DNA of 63,426 nt, filler included, from Lenisia limosa (GCA_001655205.1; 13 parts of 13 records of this genome joined end to end with filler, not necessarily neighbours in it), one strand, 5' to 3'; positions 10,312-23,829 are shown, counted from the first letter of the whole stretch. Program-made: numbers and translations. The notes: generated by a model from the sequence alone, not told the origin.

Positions 10312-13207
10312 ATGGGACTCTTAGACAGCTATAGAAAGAAGAAGGAACACGAGGAGAATAAAGGTTGGCGCATGGTAGACTGCAACAGCCTCTTTCCTCA
10401 CATCTAGCCACTTATTAACGTTGTAGTTCGTGATTCCAAGAAGCACACTTGCGTATCATGCCGTCTCGCCTTCCCCTCTGTCGACGATCAGAAGTCACAT
10501 TATAAGTCTGAGCATCATCGCTACAACCTCAAAAGAAAGGTCTGTTCCGCATTCAACAGACTGCGTCTTGAGTTTAAGGACTTGAACATTGTGATAACAC
10601 GCTGCAGGTTGCCAATCTCCCTCCTCTCAGCCAGGACGACTTCGCTGCTCGTTTGGAAGGTTGGTGGGTGGCCCTTGGCCCGATTTGTTGTCATTCTCCA
10701 AGGGTATACAGGACCGCTATAAGTCTTGACCGATTTTCCTTGGGAAGTCACATAGAAAATCGGTCAAGACTTATGTTGGTCACGATATATCGATGATATA
10801 CAGATATATAATATAGATATATAGTAGATATATCATATGATATTCAATCTCTATGGTCAGTGTATAGTGTATGTATTGTTGTATCAAATAGATTCAAACA
10901 TCACCATGACGCATCAACTTGGGATTTTCACGTAGTACTTGGGAATTCTAGATATAAACCTGTGTATTGGTAACAACACTATGCTATATAATTAGGGCTT
11001 CACATCAAGAATGAAAATAAGTCTTCTCAAACAATGTGACTCACAGACAATGATGTAACTCTTTGATAGCATATCTATGATGAAAATATGCTACCGATGT
11101 GCAATAAAAATGTTTATGGTAGTTTGTGTAGTTCCGAGTAATTCCCGATGCCATAATATCGACATGTTGCTGAATCAAAATAAATCCTCATTATATAAGA
11201 GTTTTCTTGGTTTTGATGTATATATAGATGATTTTCTTGGTTTTGGTATTGATTTTGCTAAGATGTTTTCTCAAAATTTGGATTTGGGGCTCAGTTAAGA
11301 TTACGTAATGAATCTGGTTTGGAGATCTGCTTTAACACTCCAGCGTATAAGGACAAGGAAGTGGCAACAACGGANNNNNNNNNNGGTCAAGACTTATCCC
11401 GGTCACTCTATTCTATCTTCCACAATACATTACTCAAAAAGTGAGAAGATCTCAGTGTACCATATTTCACTTTTTTTTCTTTTCTTTCACACATGGTACT
11501 GGTGGTTTGGAGATCTGCTTTAACACTCCAGCGTATAAGGACAAGGAAGTGGCAACAACGGAAGAGGCTAACAAGACCCTTTACTGCAAACCTTGCTCGT
11601 GGGTTTTTGTATCCGCATTGGGAGGGGATGTGGGTTATGTTTATCTACATCCAAATCTAAGCATACATGTTTATTGATTACAAGAAGTTCAGTAGTAAGA
11701 TGTCATATTTAGCTGTATATAGTATACTGTACATATGTCTNNNNNNNNNNGGGGAGGGATTGTGAGTTATGTTTATCTACATCCAATTCTATAGCATACA
11801 TGTTTATTGATTGCAAGAAGTTCAGTAGTAAGATGTCATATTTAGCTGTATATAGTATACTGTACATATGTCTCTCTTATAAGCATGATGGTGTGGACGG
11901 CTTCGCCAGATGTAACCTTCTTTTTTTGCCCATCTCTCATATTCACAGGAAGAAGTTCAGTAACAAGAAGTCATACGAGCAGCATATTGCCTCAGCCAAA
12001 CACAAGGCTAACGAGTCCAAAGCAACTAAAGTATCTTCTCCTGGTGGGGGGTTCTATGATATCATATGATTATGGATTTACTTCGGTTTACATAATTCCA
12101 TATGGTGTTACAACCTTGTTTTATATATGTACATATAGTATATATATTTTTTTTCTCAATTCAATTATATACAACGGTGGGTGTAATATACTCATTTTTC
12201 TTACCACTCCCACCCACATAATAGATTTAGACGCCCCCCGCGACCGTAAGCGTGTTGAAGCCCCCGTGCCGGCGAAGGAGATCGCTGACACCATGACCGG
12301 TATGAGGCTCGGATACGTTTTTTTTGAGATCCCCCGTGTTGTCAGCCAACAGAGTTGATTTAGGCTTTTTTGTTTCATAAATTTTCTAATTNNNNNNNNN
12401 NNNNNNNNNNNNNNNNNNNNNNNNNNNNNNNNNNNNNNNNNNNNNNNNNNNNNNNNNNNNNNNNNNNNNNNNNNNNNNNNNNCGTCTGCGACTGTCTCTT
12501 CTGCGTCCACTCCGCTGACGATCTTCAGAGGTGGGATAAACATATAAAGGGGGGAGAGTTCTAGTTTTCAGATTATTCGGTTCGTGATTTTTCATCGATT
12601 TTTCCAATATTACAGTTGTTTTTGGGCTTTTTTTGTTTCATAAATTTTCCAATTTTACCCCCCCAGCAATATTGAGCATATGGCAGCACAACATTCCTTC
12701 TTCCTCCCGTACGTTCAGTTCCTCAAAGAAACTGAAGGATTCATCAAGCGTCTCGGTTAGCAAGTGTTTTTTCTTGACACTGTGCAATTACTCTTTTTGG
12801 GAACTAATTGAAAATATTTCAAACTGAAGTGTCTGAGACTTTTGCTACAATGTGTTCATATTTCACTTCAAATTTTCCAATTAATTTCATGGGGCCCTAT
12901 TGTTTACATTCTTGTAATTTCCTTTCAATTTTGTGATTTTGTTTTTTGTGATTTTGTTTAATTGTGTTATATTGTGTCTTGTTGATTTTGGGCTGTTCGT
13001 AAGTTATCCTTTTACAATATTTCATCGAAATTTCCTTCGTNNNNNNNNNNNNNNNNNNNNNNNNNNNNNNNNNNNNNNNNNNNNNNNNNNNNNNNNNNNN
13101 NNNNNNNNNNNNNNNNNNNNNNNNNNNNNNNNNNNNNNNNNNNNNNNNNNNNNNGCATTAGTTGCAACAAGAACTTTACCACACTCGAGGCCGTCCAAGA
13201 GCATATG
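10312..13207 (+). CDS. ZNF622: ZNF622/Rei1-family C2H2 zinc-finger pre-60S maturation factor (3' end truncated by contig end)
   Basis: Exons 10312-10363, 10427-10539 (HTCVSCRLAFPSVDDQKSHYKSEHHRYNLKRK), 10608-10659 (VANLPPLSQDDF), 11532-11598 (LYCKPC), 11949-12030 (KKFSNKKSYEQHIASAKH), 12231-12299, 12483-12530 (CLFC), from 12667 (NIEHMAAQHSFFLPYVQFLKETEGFIKRL) and 13156-13207 (ISCNKNFTTLEAVQEHM). Confidence 0.93.
10709..10785. mobile_element. MITE family D copy
   Basis: TA-CAGGACCGCTATAAGTCTTGACCGATTTT...AAAATCGGTCAAGACTTATGTTGGTCAC. Confidence 0.75.
12618..12666 (+). mobile_element. Family B 3' module forming a ZNF622 acceptor
   Basis: TTTTTGGGCTTTTTTTGTTTCATAAATTTTCCAATTTTACCCCCCCAG|CAATATTGAG. 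Confidence 0.8.
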
Positions 13208-13467
13208 GTGGGCGGATATGTATCATATAGTATACATATACAGTGACAGGAATAAGTCTTGACCGATTTATTTTATGATATTATATACTACATGTATTAT
13301 GATGAGGGGAGGCTATCTGTACACACGCGGACAAGTAATTGGCCTGGGCTTTGTTTTTTTTTTTTTNNNNNNNNNNNNNNNNNNNNNNNNNNNNNNNNNN
13401 NNNNNNNNNNTTAATTAATTAANNNNNNNNNNNNNNNNNNNNNNNNNNNNNNNNNNNNNNNNNNNNC

Positions 13468-16400
13468 ATGTGGTATTTCGACCTAACAACTTCCACCTGG
13501 ACTGAGGTTGTGTTGAACGGTGTAGAGGCCCCCGCCGTCAATGAGGTGGGTTGCGGTCAATGTGGTGTGAGTGAATTGAACGTGTGGGCTTGGATTTTTC
13601 ATATTTCTCAAAACTACAATAGGTTGGGACTTTCTACTTTATTTCCCAAGAAATTATACTTCTCTGTTTCTGAAGGGGATAACAGATAGACTTTTCATGA
13701 GTAAAGCGAAATATGCACCGTTTGGAGATAATGCTACAAACCTCTCCCCCGCCAAATTACTTCAATTAAAAAAAGCTTGCATTCCCGAGAAGGAAGGCGC
13801 GAGAGAGCATGTTTCAGAGAAAGCCAGGATTGGATGGATTTGGACATTTTCTACCTTTGATTCGATGCACATCGCGTTATACCAATAAACCTCAATAGCT
13901 ATCTAACGCGTTTCTCTCATGTTGACCCTGTAGGCCACCCTCCAGTACAACTCAGAGACTGGGGAGTTCCTTCTCCTTGGTGGGCATGCTCTCCAATCGT
14001 TCAACCCGGGGTATTCATCTATCATCGCCTCAGCTCAACGTTTGAGGGGTAGTGGCAGTCTGTACATTGTTACTATTTGTATTTATTGTGATTCATTTTC
14101 TTTTCTCTCACTACAGCCACTTTTTTCAAAAGTTCATTTTTGCGTTTCCAATAATTTGACTTTTTTTGAGATTTTCTATGCACATCGCCCGACCTCACAA
14201 CGTCTAGATACTATTGTCCTGAAAACAGGTGAAGTCAAACCAATTGAATACAATAAAAGCCCGCTGCTACCAGGTATGATGTGTTTCGCTGTTTGTAAAT
14301 GGATGTCTAAAGGATACTATCTTGTTCACAGAGCAATTTGGTAGAGTGAATTCTTTTTATGAATATGTATCTGCCATACACTCTTTATAAAGTGGGAGAT
14401 GACCCTTCTAACAATACCACATCAGTTTTTCTGAAACATTCCCACATGATGTTGATTTGCTTCCAGCCTTTTTCGATACTGGGTACCTCAAGGGTGCCAC
14501 ATCACTCTCCAATCTTCCCGTCTTCGTGACACCTAGTGGCTACAGCAGATTTGCGTTAGTTGCAGTGGGAGGAGGGGGGGGGGGNNNNNNNNNNNNNNNN
14601 NNNNNNNNNNNNNNNNNNNNNNNNNNNNNNNNNNNNNNNNNNNNNNNNNNNNNNNNNNNNNNNNNNNNNNNNNNNNNNTCTTTCGTTTAAACTTTTAGGT
14701 ACTGACAATTTGACCTTTAACCATTCTTTTTCCATGAATAACTGTTGAGTATCTATAACAGGAATTGTTTTGTATCACACTATTTCAAAGAATGCATTGA
14801 CAGTACATTGACCCCCCCTCCAGTACCCCATGAAAAACATTTGCAACAAGGAGCGCCTCCCTGAAGGTTGTGAACAGTGTCCCAAGGGGCAGTACAACGT
14901 CAATATCTTTGCAGGTTAGTCCATTGAACAATACAAAGTTGATTTTGAATTTTTTTTTTTTTTTTTTTTTACAAATTTTTTATTTTGTTTTGCAGCTGCT
15001 TGGCAATCAAAATGAAATAATATAACTATTTCATCACCGGAATAATTTCAAAATGCTCATCTCTTTATTGGTGTTCTTTTACAACCATTTAGGAAGAATG
15101 TGTGTGGAGTGTCGCGCGGGAGAATACCTAAAAGGTGTGTGTTGGGTTTTTTTAAAATAATATTATAACCATTTATATTCCCATCACTTGTGCGTATGGG
15201 GTTACAACTTCTGATTAATTGCATTGACAATTGCCCAGACGTCTTCTCCCCTTGTGAATACTGCCCTGCCGGAACGTATCAACCCCATGCGTCACAAACT
15301 GAGTGTATCAAATGTGCTGTGAGCAGGGACTGATACTTTTTTAGGGATGGTTTGAACTTCGGTCTTCTTTGGTAAAACTGATAGTATTATTCACTATTAA
15401 GGCTGGGTTTTACAGTAAGAACGTCGGAGCAATCAGTGTTAAAACGTGCATCCCGTGTAACACTGGTGAAACGTCGAACGCGGGGAGTGCGGAGTGCTCG
15501 TAAGAGGGGTTCTCTGAGGAATAGAGCGGTACACATAATTTCATTAAGATTTGATGATACAGGGGATTAATATTTGAGACAGTATTCATATAATATATTA
15601 AACAGTAACCTTATGGAAAAGTAAAGGCGTGGCTTCGACAATTTTTCATAATATTAACATACCGGCTCCTTTTTTGACAATGTAATATATCGTTTCCATT
15701 TATTATTTGTATAATTTTGTATATTTATTATACTCCTTCAGACCTTGTGAAGGAGATTCGTGTGGATTCAGTATCTACTCTATCAACAGCGGAGGTGGGA
15801 GGAGGGGTATACAATGAACCAGATTGTAAGACTATTCTAAACAATATGGACAATATATTGTAGTAATAAATAATACAGTAACACAATGAAAATGGTACTT
15901 ACATTTTGCCCATTTTACTGTATCTTGAGAACCGAAGCTCTGCTGAATCGGTTTAGAGGAGGACGTTGACAGTCAGTTCTCGCTTTCAACCGATCTGGAC
16001 AGTTTTGTCGTGGCTCAGAGACCCTCCGATAAAAGTGATGCTGATCAGAGAACCGAGGTATGTTAATAATCTTGTTGAAAGGAAGAGCTGTAATCCATGT
16101 CTTGATCTGGTCAAAAAATGTTAAACCTGAAAGTACTTGACAATTATTGGTGTCAATACATTCTACCTCTGGTGTTTTGATAATCCTTTTAGGATGCTGA
16201 GGAACGACTCTCATCTCTGATGCCCCTCGTGTTCCTTTTCTTCTTTGTGGGGGGGGGGTGATTAATTGCTTGGGATTTAACATTCTGCTTAGTTATAATA
16301 AAGAATCACATAGTGGCAGTGAATATCATTTTAGACATAAATTTTTGTATGTCGATCTTATTTATCCAGGTGCTCATTGCTGTCTTTTTGACGCTGACTA

Positions 16401-19400
16401 TCGTGAGTTGGTAGAATTGATAAATGGGGCCAATCAATAATATAGACTGCAAATGGTTTTTTTTTATGATAATTCGGTGTGAAGCTTGTAAAATCATTTG
16501 GTATGAATCATTAATGTTTAAAACAGACAAAATACAAGTACAATTAATACTATCATAGTTTGTTGTTTTTTTCGCTTCGAATCTCTAAATCACACTTCCA
16601 ATTCAGATTATCGAATATTCTGAACATTTCAAGTTAACCTTATCATGATATTTCATTGGTTCGGAACCTTTCATGTTTAACCTTCCAGCTGGCCTCACGA
16701 GCCGATTACCCGGTTGAGAAGACACCTGGAATCCTGGGTGTCGCTGGAAGGATGATTTTGAACCTCGATATGTTTAGTCTCAAGCACATGCAAGTGGGTT
16801 GTAGTAATACATGATAGGAACCTGCAAATAAAAAACAGATATAATGTGTAAAGTAAACAGTGTTCTATTAGTGTTTAGAAATTTGGTGATGTCACCTTGC
16901 AGCATCATGTTAATCTTTATACAGCCCCTCAATGCTACCACTCGAATTGCGATCATGACCAGACGCAAGAACCTTTTTGGCGGCCTTTTGGCGATCTTTG
17001 CCTTTTCCATTGTAGCCATCAATGCCACGTCGACTGTCATTGAGTATATGGTGGGTTTCGGGAATGGGAAATTGTCTAAGGATATCATAATGTTAATTTT
17101 AAATATCTCTCTTTCCCGTCTACCACATCAATAAAATACTATTTATGCTGTTGATTCTATGGGATTATAGCAAAATATATTTCAGATTAAAAAGCGTTGC
17201 TGAGATTAAATTGAGACCTCTGACACTTAGAACGCCAACTACTACGTCTCTGAGTCAATTGTTCCTTCACAAGGCAACCAGACGGTCGTGTCCATTTCCA
17301 ACATGGTTGGTACGGTACTCCTACTCATGAGCGCCTCTATATTCGTCCGGGAATACTTACATTTCCAGGTTGCAACAGCAACGCTCAGTGGGTACACATC
17401 TTCCTGTACTACAGATGATACAAACGCGAACACTATTGGTGGGCCTTTGCTTTTTTTTAATACATTGAGTAATGTTATGCAGAATTGCTGTCTCTGAAAA
17501 GATATACTGACCACTTCAGCCACTTGTCACCCCTCCATTGTCCTGACAGCTGATGGAGTCATCTTTAATGTTAGCAAGTAGCAAATGATTATTTACGTTG
17601 ACATATATGCTTACCCTGTTCTCTTTATATTATTATGATTGTATTTCTCCTTCTTTCTGTTGCCTTAATGTCTTCAGAGTCCCATGAAAACCGTTTGCAC
17701 GAAGGTTGTTGGCGGATGTAAGGTATGTGGATTTTCTCTGCTGGTCTCTTAAGCATTTTCTGAATTCAGAGGGTCATCATGCGGATTATTTTATTGTACA
17801 GGTTTCTTGGTTGAGTCAACCTGGAGATTATATCTCTGGTGAAGCTACACTGTCCTTCCAATTTACCGAAACATGTAAGCTTCCTATATTAGTCAACTTA
17901 CCACCTTCCGTTTAAAGCAAGTTAACCGTTTTAGTGTCGTTAGCAAATCAAATTCAGTGGTCAGTTCTTGTTGATTCATACACTGAGAATGAGGTATGAT
18001 ACCACTAGAAATGGAATGTTTTAGTAATCCGTTTTCCCCCAATTATTGCAGTTAATCACCAACTTTTTTTGAGTTATACATATGAAGTGGAGCGATCATA
18101 GATCTAACATTCCAGCCAAGCCGCTTGGACGGAGTCATTAGAGCCCCGGATAATACCGTTTTCAAAGGGTTGGTGCATCTAACCCTCTTCTGAGCTTTAC
18201 AGCCGAAAAATTTCTTGCATTGTATCGCCCTTTGGGTTAATGCTTTTTGCCATTATTCACTTACCCAGCCTTGCCTATAACGAGCGGTCAAGCATCGCTG
18301 CCTCCGCACTTCAAACCGAGGTAGGAGCACCAACTGTCTCATTCGCCTATTAATAGCTATCATTTTTTTGTTGTTTTGCTTTTGTTATGGATATATTCAG
18401 GTTTCTCTAAACACTGATAGAATACCCAGCTTAATTTACCTCGTAGATCACTGGCAGTAGCATTGAAGACTCCTCTGGAATTGTCTTGGATTACTTGTTG
18501 GGGGGTGCAACATTATTCACTGACTACATTATATAATCATTGTGTAAAACTGGCTTCATAATCATTATGCAAGCAAATTTGCTCCATAATCAAAAGTAAC
18601 CTTTGAGTATTTCTGGACTTGTGGTGTTGCAATGATGCACACTGTTTTGAAAAGTCCTTACAGAAATAGCCCAATACACCACCAGCATGATGGTATAGGT
18701 CACAAGATGCTGGGAACACGGTTGAAATCTCGTCCATTGCAACAGCACCGTCCGGACTCGGCGTCGATATTTCAATGTTCGTGGGTTATGCTTTCCAATG
18801 GGTATTGAGTTACCACAATAAATCTGCTATCAAACAACCAAACTACTCCCAAATTTGTACTCACGATTTAGTCGGGTGTCATCATTCTCACTACTGGTTT
18901 GTGAAGGGCTTTACGAAGTACATCTTTTTGATGCTCCAAGGAGTTTTTTGTTTCATAAATTTTCCAATTTTACTCCCCCCCCCCCNNNNNNNNNNNNNNN
19001 NNNNNNNNNNNNNNNNNNNNNNNNNNNNNNNNNNNNNNNNNNNNNNNNNNNNNNNNNNNNNNNNNNNNNNNNNCTCTTTTCATCCCCTCTCCCAGATTAC
19101 AGTCCGACCCTTAAGAACATTGTCATCTATCCTTGCAGAAGTGACAGCTTTGACTTCCCTCGGACTGTTCATTTCGGGACTATTCTTGGTACTAGTCGAG
19201 AAAGTCATGAACAAGGTATATTTATTGGGCCTAGTGTTGCCTATAGCAAAGCAATTCTCTAAATTTATAAGTGAGTGAATGGGGGACATATTTTCTACCA
19301 TATCTAAGCGTTGTGGTGATTATGGAGTCACCCCGATTCTGTAACATTGTACCGAACCCAAATAATAGCATATCGATTACCCCCCCCCCCTTGTGTTTGT

Positions 19401-20001
19401 TTTGTTGTTTTCAACCCTTGAGGATTTCTTAAATACTTAGCCAAAATAATTCTGGGTTTTTAGTTTATGGTTTCATAAATATTCCGGCTTATAAAGTGAT
19501 AAAAGTGGTATATTTATGAACAAATTAAAAATAATAGGTTAATTTTGTAACTCTTTACGTTTTTGTTTCAAAGAGCCACCCCATTATGAGACAAGTCAAT
19601 TATCCATTACCCTCACCCCTCCCAGACATCTTCTACAGCCAATACTGAGAGGTACAGAGCAGGCCTCCAGCTGACCCGGATACTGGACTTGTGGGGGGGG
19701 GGTAGTTAAATACTTGTTTAAAGCAGGCTATAGTTCGAGAAAATTGTCCCGGATATCTGAGAGATTGCTGTGGCTGTAATTGTCGTTCTTTCCTTTGACG
19801 TCCCAGGGGGATCAAAGAAAAGCCCAGGCCAATCAAATTCCAAGAAATGAGTGACATGGAGACACGATCAGAGCTTGAGATGCGTGGTATATAAGTGGGT
19901 GGACTGAACTGCTGATTGGGGATGGGGGGCATAGAGTGACCGTGATAAGTACTGACACGACTGATAAAAGACAGCTCAATATCCGTGTCGCGTCCGTGTA
20001 A
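13468..20001 (+). CDS. Large membrane protein: Kelch-like repeats, GCC2/GCC3 Cys-rich repeats, TM, then a two-TM module (5' truncated)
   Basis: MWYFDLTTSTWTEV and GEFLLLGGH (Kelch-like). CEQCPKGQYN, CEYCPAGTYQPHASQTECIKCAAGFYS...CIPCNTGETSNAGSAEC (about 14825-15498). TM-like VLIAVFLTLTIVSW; LDMFSLKHMQPLNATTRIAIMTRRKNLFGGLLAIFAFSIVAINATSTVIEYMNAN; ITVRPLRTLSSILAEVTALTSLGLFISGLFLVLVEKV. The last exons (to 20001) are tentative. Confidence 0.7.
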
Positions 20002-20404
20002 CTCGAGCTGGTGTACTTTAACAATATAGGGGGGTTTTTTTACAACATCTCAGAATGAAGCATTCTTTTGATTGATTTAGGTAGATGAGAGACGTTTTGT
20101 TTAGTTGTGCTGGGGTTTAATGTTTGAGTGTTTTATGTTTATTGTATCAATATGTTGTTTTAAAAAGAGAATATTCCAGACGCCACCATAGTATTATAAG
20201 CAGTGATGCAAAAACCCCTACGATCCATCGATAAAAGATGTAAGCCTTGGATTCGTGGCAAAATTTGATTCGGGGACAATTCGATGTCTGCCCGGGGTTT
20301 TTCTCGGCTATTGCGAAATGTGTTAATTAGGTCTTACATAAGCCTGTCAGTTGCTGTTCTGGTTTTCTCCTCTGCTTTTTAAATAACAATAATAACAATA
20401 ATAT

Positions 20405-22227
20405 TCATCTAAACATAACATTATAGGAGTCAACATTCAAGGGATTGCTGGTGTACTTCTTCATCCCCATTGTAAAGAAGTAGAAGTCCGGAACTGCCAC
20501 AGTCTGCGGAGTAAAAAGGAAACAATTAAGAGAGAAAAACATCAATATCTGCGAAATAAACAAGCTGAAAACGAAAACAACCAAAGACAAGGGCAATCTT
20601 GGATAAGAACGGTAGAACAACATTCACAGCAAACCAGAGCAAAAGTGGTTCCAGTGCTGACAGAAACACTGTCCTTCAAACAGTCGGACGCGCTGCAGAC
20701 AGGCGTGACATCCTGGTGAAGATTCAGATGAGAAAGCTACCAAATTTGGTAGTATATTGGATCCTGGTGAAATACACCTGATCGTGCGCAAAATCATCAT
20801 CTTGACAAAAGTTCATTAAAACACGGAACCGCCCCCCCCCCACATCATAATAAGGGTTCAAAACACCCTCAGGGAAAGAGTCATAGAGTCGGAAGTTTGG
20901 ATTAGGGGCCTTGCTACCCGCTACAATGGTGAAACGCAATAACTTCATAACTTCCAGTCGAATAAGTAAGATACATTTGATAATTGTGCCGCAAGACCAT
21001 AATAGTGCTTTCCTGAGGTTGTTTTTTTTTTTCAAAAAAAAAAAAAATCTTCATTATATCAAAGAATGACTGCAGANNNNNNNNNNNNNNNNNNNNNNNN
21101 NNNNNNNNNNNNNNNNNNNNNNNNNNNNNNNNNNNNNNNNNNNNNNNNNNNNNNNNNACCACACCCTTGACTTCTAAAACAGTCAAATTAGGAAAGGTTC
21201 TTCATCTTCATGCCATTGATGACTATCTTGTTATTTTGCGGACAAACGTACCGCTAAAAAAGACCTTGAACGAAGAATAGAGGCTGCACCCGCAATGCAA
21301 CGCCTCCCCAGCGGCATTATAATCGCAGGTGAATGCTAGGCTCTCTGAAAAATGTCACCCTGAGCGAAAGAAGCAACTTATTGCTTGTTGGAAGATTATT
21401 ATCAGAATTCCACAAACGAATAATTGAAGTTTGTTTGCATACCAGGGTTAGCGAGACTAACGCCCGTGCAGGCAATACCAGTATTAAGTGTTGAGAGGAA
21501 ATTGCTGGTGAATCTAGACCATCCATCTAAATAATTATAAAAAGGACATCACAAATCGATTTCAATTGTTTTTGAGAAAACAGCCACCCAGACTACATAC
21601 CTCCATAAGTGGCATCGTTGAAGCATTCTAGATCATACGTCCCTAAAATTGTCTCTATTTTTCTTCCATATTGGTTCAAAATAAACACTTTTACAAGATG
21701 AAATAAAATATCAAGTAACATTAGGATCAAGTAAAAGGAACAGCTTTCCACAAATCACCATATTCTGTTGTAAATGTGTAGACACCCGGGTTGGCCCCGC
21801 GATCAACAAGAAGTTCCTTGCATCCAGAAGCTGAGAAGGATAAGACAAGGGGAAGTTATGAGCAAGGCAAATGATCCAAGGCCACAGATAAGAATCGGAT
21901 TTAAATTTTGTAATAATTCCATCAAAGCAAAATAAGGAAGTGAAAAAAAGCTATTTGTGGAATTTTGTCCTACGCATCCATCCACAAACCAGCGTAGATC
22001 GGAGAATAAGATAGTCCGGTATCAAGACTACAGGCAACATCCTTGGGGGTCATTATAACATTATCGAAGGAACACAATCAGCAAAATATCAGTCAGCTTA
22101 CCAAGCTGGAAGAAGAAAGATAGGCAGTTCCATTCAGAGGTGCCAACACGCATGATGATACATGGCTGGTGCTGCATGTGATGTTGGCATTGGCAATTGT
22201 TGGGATGGTGCTGCAGACATTCACTTT
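20405..22227 (-). CDS. Multi-exon Cys-containing, probably extracellular protein (3' part, unknown family)
   Basis: Open GT-AG exons: KVNVCSTIPTIANANITCSTSHVSSCVLAPLNG; ASGCKELLVDRGANPGVYTFTTEY; ECFNDATYG; DGWSRFTSNFLSTLNTGIACTG; ESLAFTCDYNAAGEALHCG; NPNFRLYDSFPEGVLNPYY; final TVAVPDFYFFTMGMKKYTSNPLNVDSYNVMFR*. Confidence 0.6.
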
Positions 22228-22436
22228 CTAGATGATGAGAGGAATGTTAGAGTTTTGAAAAGTGAATTATCCCAATGGTAATACATGAGCAGCGTAGGCT
22301 CCAAACAATCTACCCCCCCCCCATCCCCTGCTAACGCCTTCCAATTCCTCCACTCGAGCCAAAAGGGCAGCAAATCGGGCCTATAATAATCAATGAACAT
22401 TATAAGACCATTTTGAATTCTGTTGAATGTCAGGGC

Positions 22437-22583
22437 AAAAGACATGAGGGAATGACTACTAACGAGTGTAAAAGACATGACGGAATGAAATTCAAGAGTG
22501 TAAAAGACAGGAATGACTATTAAAGAGTGTAAAAGACATGGGGGAATGACTATTACAGAGTGTAAAAGACATGGGGGAATGAC
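22437..22583. repeat. About 33-bp degenerate minisatellite, 4-5 copies, running into the contig end
   Basis: Unit approximately AGAGTGTAAAAGACATGGGGGAATGACTATTAC. Confidence 0.85.
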
Positions 22584-22922
22584 NNNNNNNNNNNNNNNNN
22601 NNNNNNNNNNNNNNNNNNNNNNNNNNNTTAATTAATTAANNNNNNNNNNNNNNNNNNNNNNNNNNNNNNNNNNNNNNNNNNNNTCGATGTGGCTAAGCCT
22701 GTTTTTTCTGAAACTTTCTATTTTGGTAGTTCAGGTTGATGGCCACTTTTTTTTACAATAATATCTATTTTAGGGTATTAGACCTGATCCTGATGAAGGC
22801 CCCCAGGTACTAGACAAGGTTTGATAAGACGATCAGTCTTTGAAATTGAAAACAAAATAACTTTCTTGAATGTGAATTTATCAGCTACAATTTGTCAATA
22901 TAAATAGCCGTTTATAATCCAG

Positions 22923-23625
22923 GAATTTCAAGAAGAATTCAAAGACGTCATCATAAAGGCTAACGATGTGACACTTGACAAGCTAAAACTCATGGATGAT
23001 TCAGATTTGGTCAGTATTAATTCTCCCATTACTCATACTACTTTCCTTTTGATTTTTAAATCAATATGAATAACTATTATTTATCAACAGCTGCTTTTAG
23101 TTATGAGTCACTTCACTTTGTAGATCCAACTTGCAATGTTAACTTTCAGGGATTTAAATCGAAAAAAGGTCTGCTTAAATTTCTGGTTATAGTCGATTAT
23201 TTTACACAATGAACAATGAACGTGAATATTCTCTCCTTATGAATCATTATCATTTACATATTAACAATTATTGCTGACTCGGACATTTTGATTATTTTTT
23301 ATAGGACACGACTGGACCATTCATTTTGAACACACTTGTCCATACAGCTTTGGAAGGTGTTAATTTGGAAGGTAGCGATATTTTCTCCAATTTACTTTTA
23401 GATGCTATTCCCTGTGACTCTGATGATTTCGATACTGACTATGTCAAAAAGGTTTGAAGCCAACAATTTTTGTTATTGTTCCTTACACAACTCAGTTTGG
23501 ATTAGTTATTAAGTCAAAATACTTTTAGAAATACCTACTCTCACAAATCCATTCAGGGAGATGTTATTAAAATTCGGACCGACGTTGGAGATTTTGTGGT
23601 CTCTACCTACTCACCATTAAACGAG
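22923..23625 (+). CDS. Short multi-exon gene fragment, unknown
   Basis: Exons EFQEEFKDVIIKANDVTLDKLKLMDDSDL; AFSYESLHFVDPTCNVNFQGFKSKK; GHDWTIHFEHTCPYSFG; AIPCDSDDFDTDYVKK; GDVIKIRTDVGDFVVSTYSPLNE, each bounded by AG/GT. Confidence 0.5.
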
Positions 23626-23778
23626 GTATGTATAGATGCATCTGTCTTTTAATAAATATCTGTTTTAGTGAGGTTGTACTTCTACTTGTAAAGTTTTTGT
23701 GCTTGTTGTTACCACAGACTATGAAGTCTTGGGGACTTAACTCGTGGGCTCATCAACTATATATGATATATATAATTA

Positions 23779-23829
23779 TATATGCTGCTGCACCAAAACC
23801 GTGTCATTAATTCAAAAACCGTGTCATTA
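23779..23829. mobile_element. Family F: candidate terminal repeat of a DNA transposon
   Basis: TATATGCTGCTGCACCAAAACCGTGTCATTAATTCAAAAACCGTGTCATTA with an internal direct repeat of about 20 bp. A near-identical copy is at 53717-53773 with unrelated left flanks. It lies about 180 bp downstream of the pogo-associated ORF2. Confidence 0.55.

Noticed and set aside
11305-11876. Real tandem duplication of a ZNF622 exon and intron segments
   Set aside because: Near-identical duplicates flank 10-N gaps (11375-11384 and 11741-11750), typical of unmerged overlapping contig ends or haplotypes.
15915-16283. 122-aa minus-strand ORF as a nested gene
   Set aside because: It overlaps phase-consistent plus-strand exons of the Kelch/Cys-rich gene and has no recognisable motif; likely a shadow ORF.
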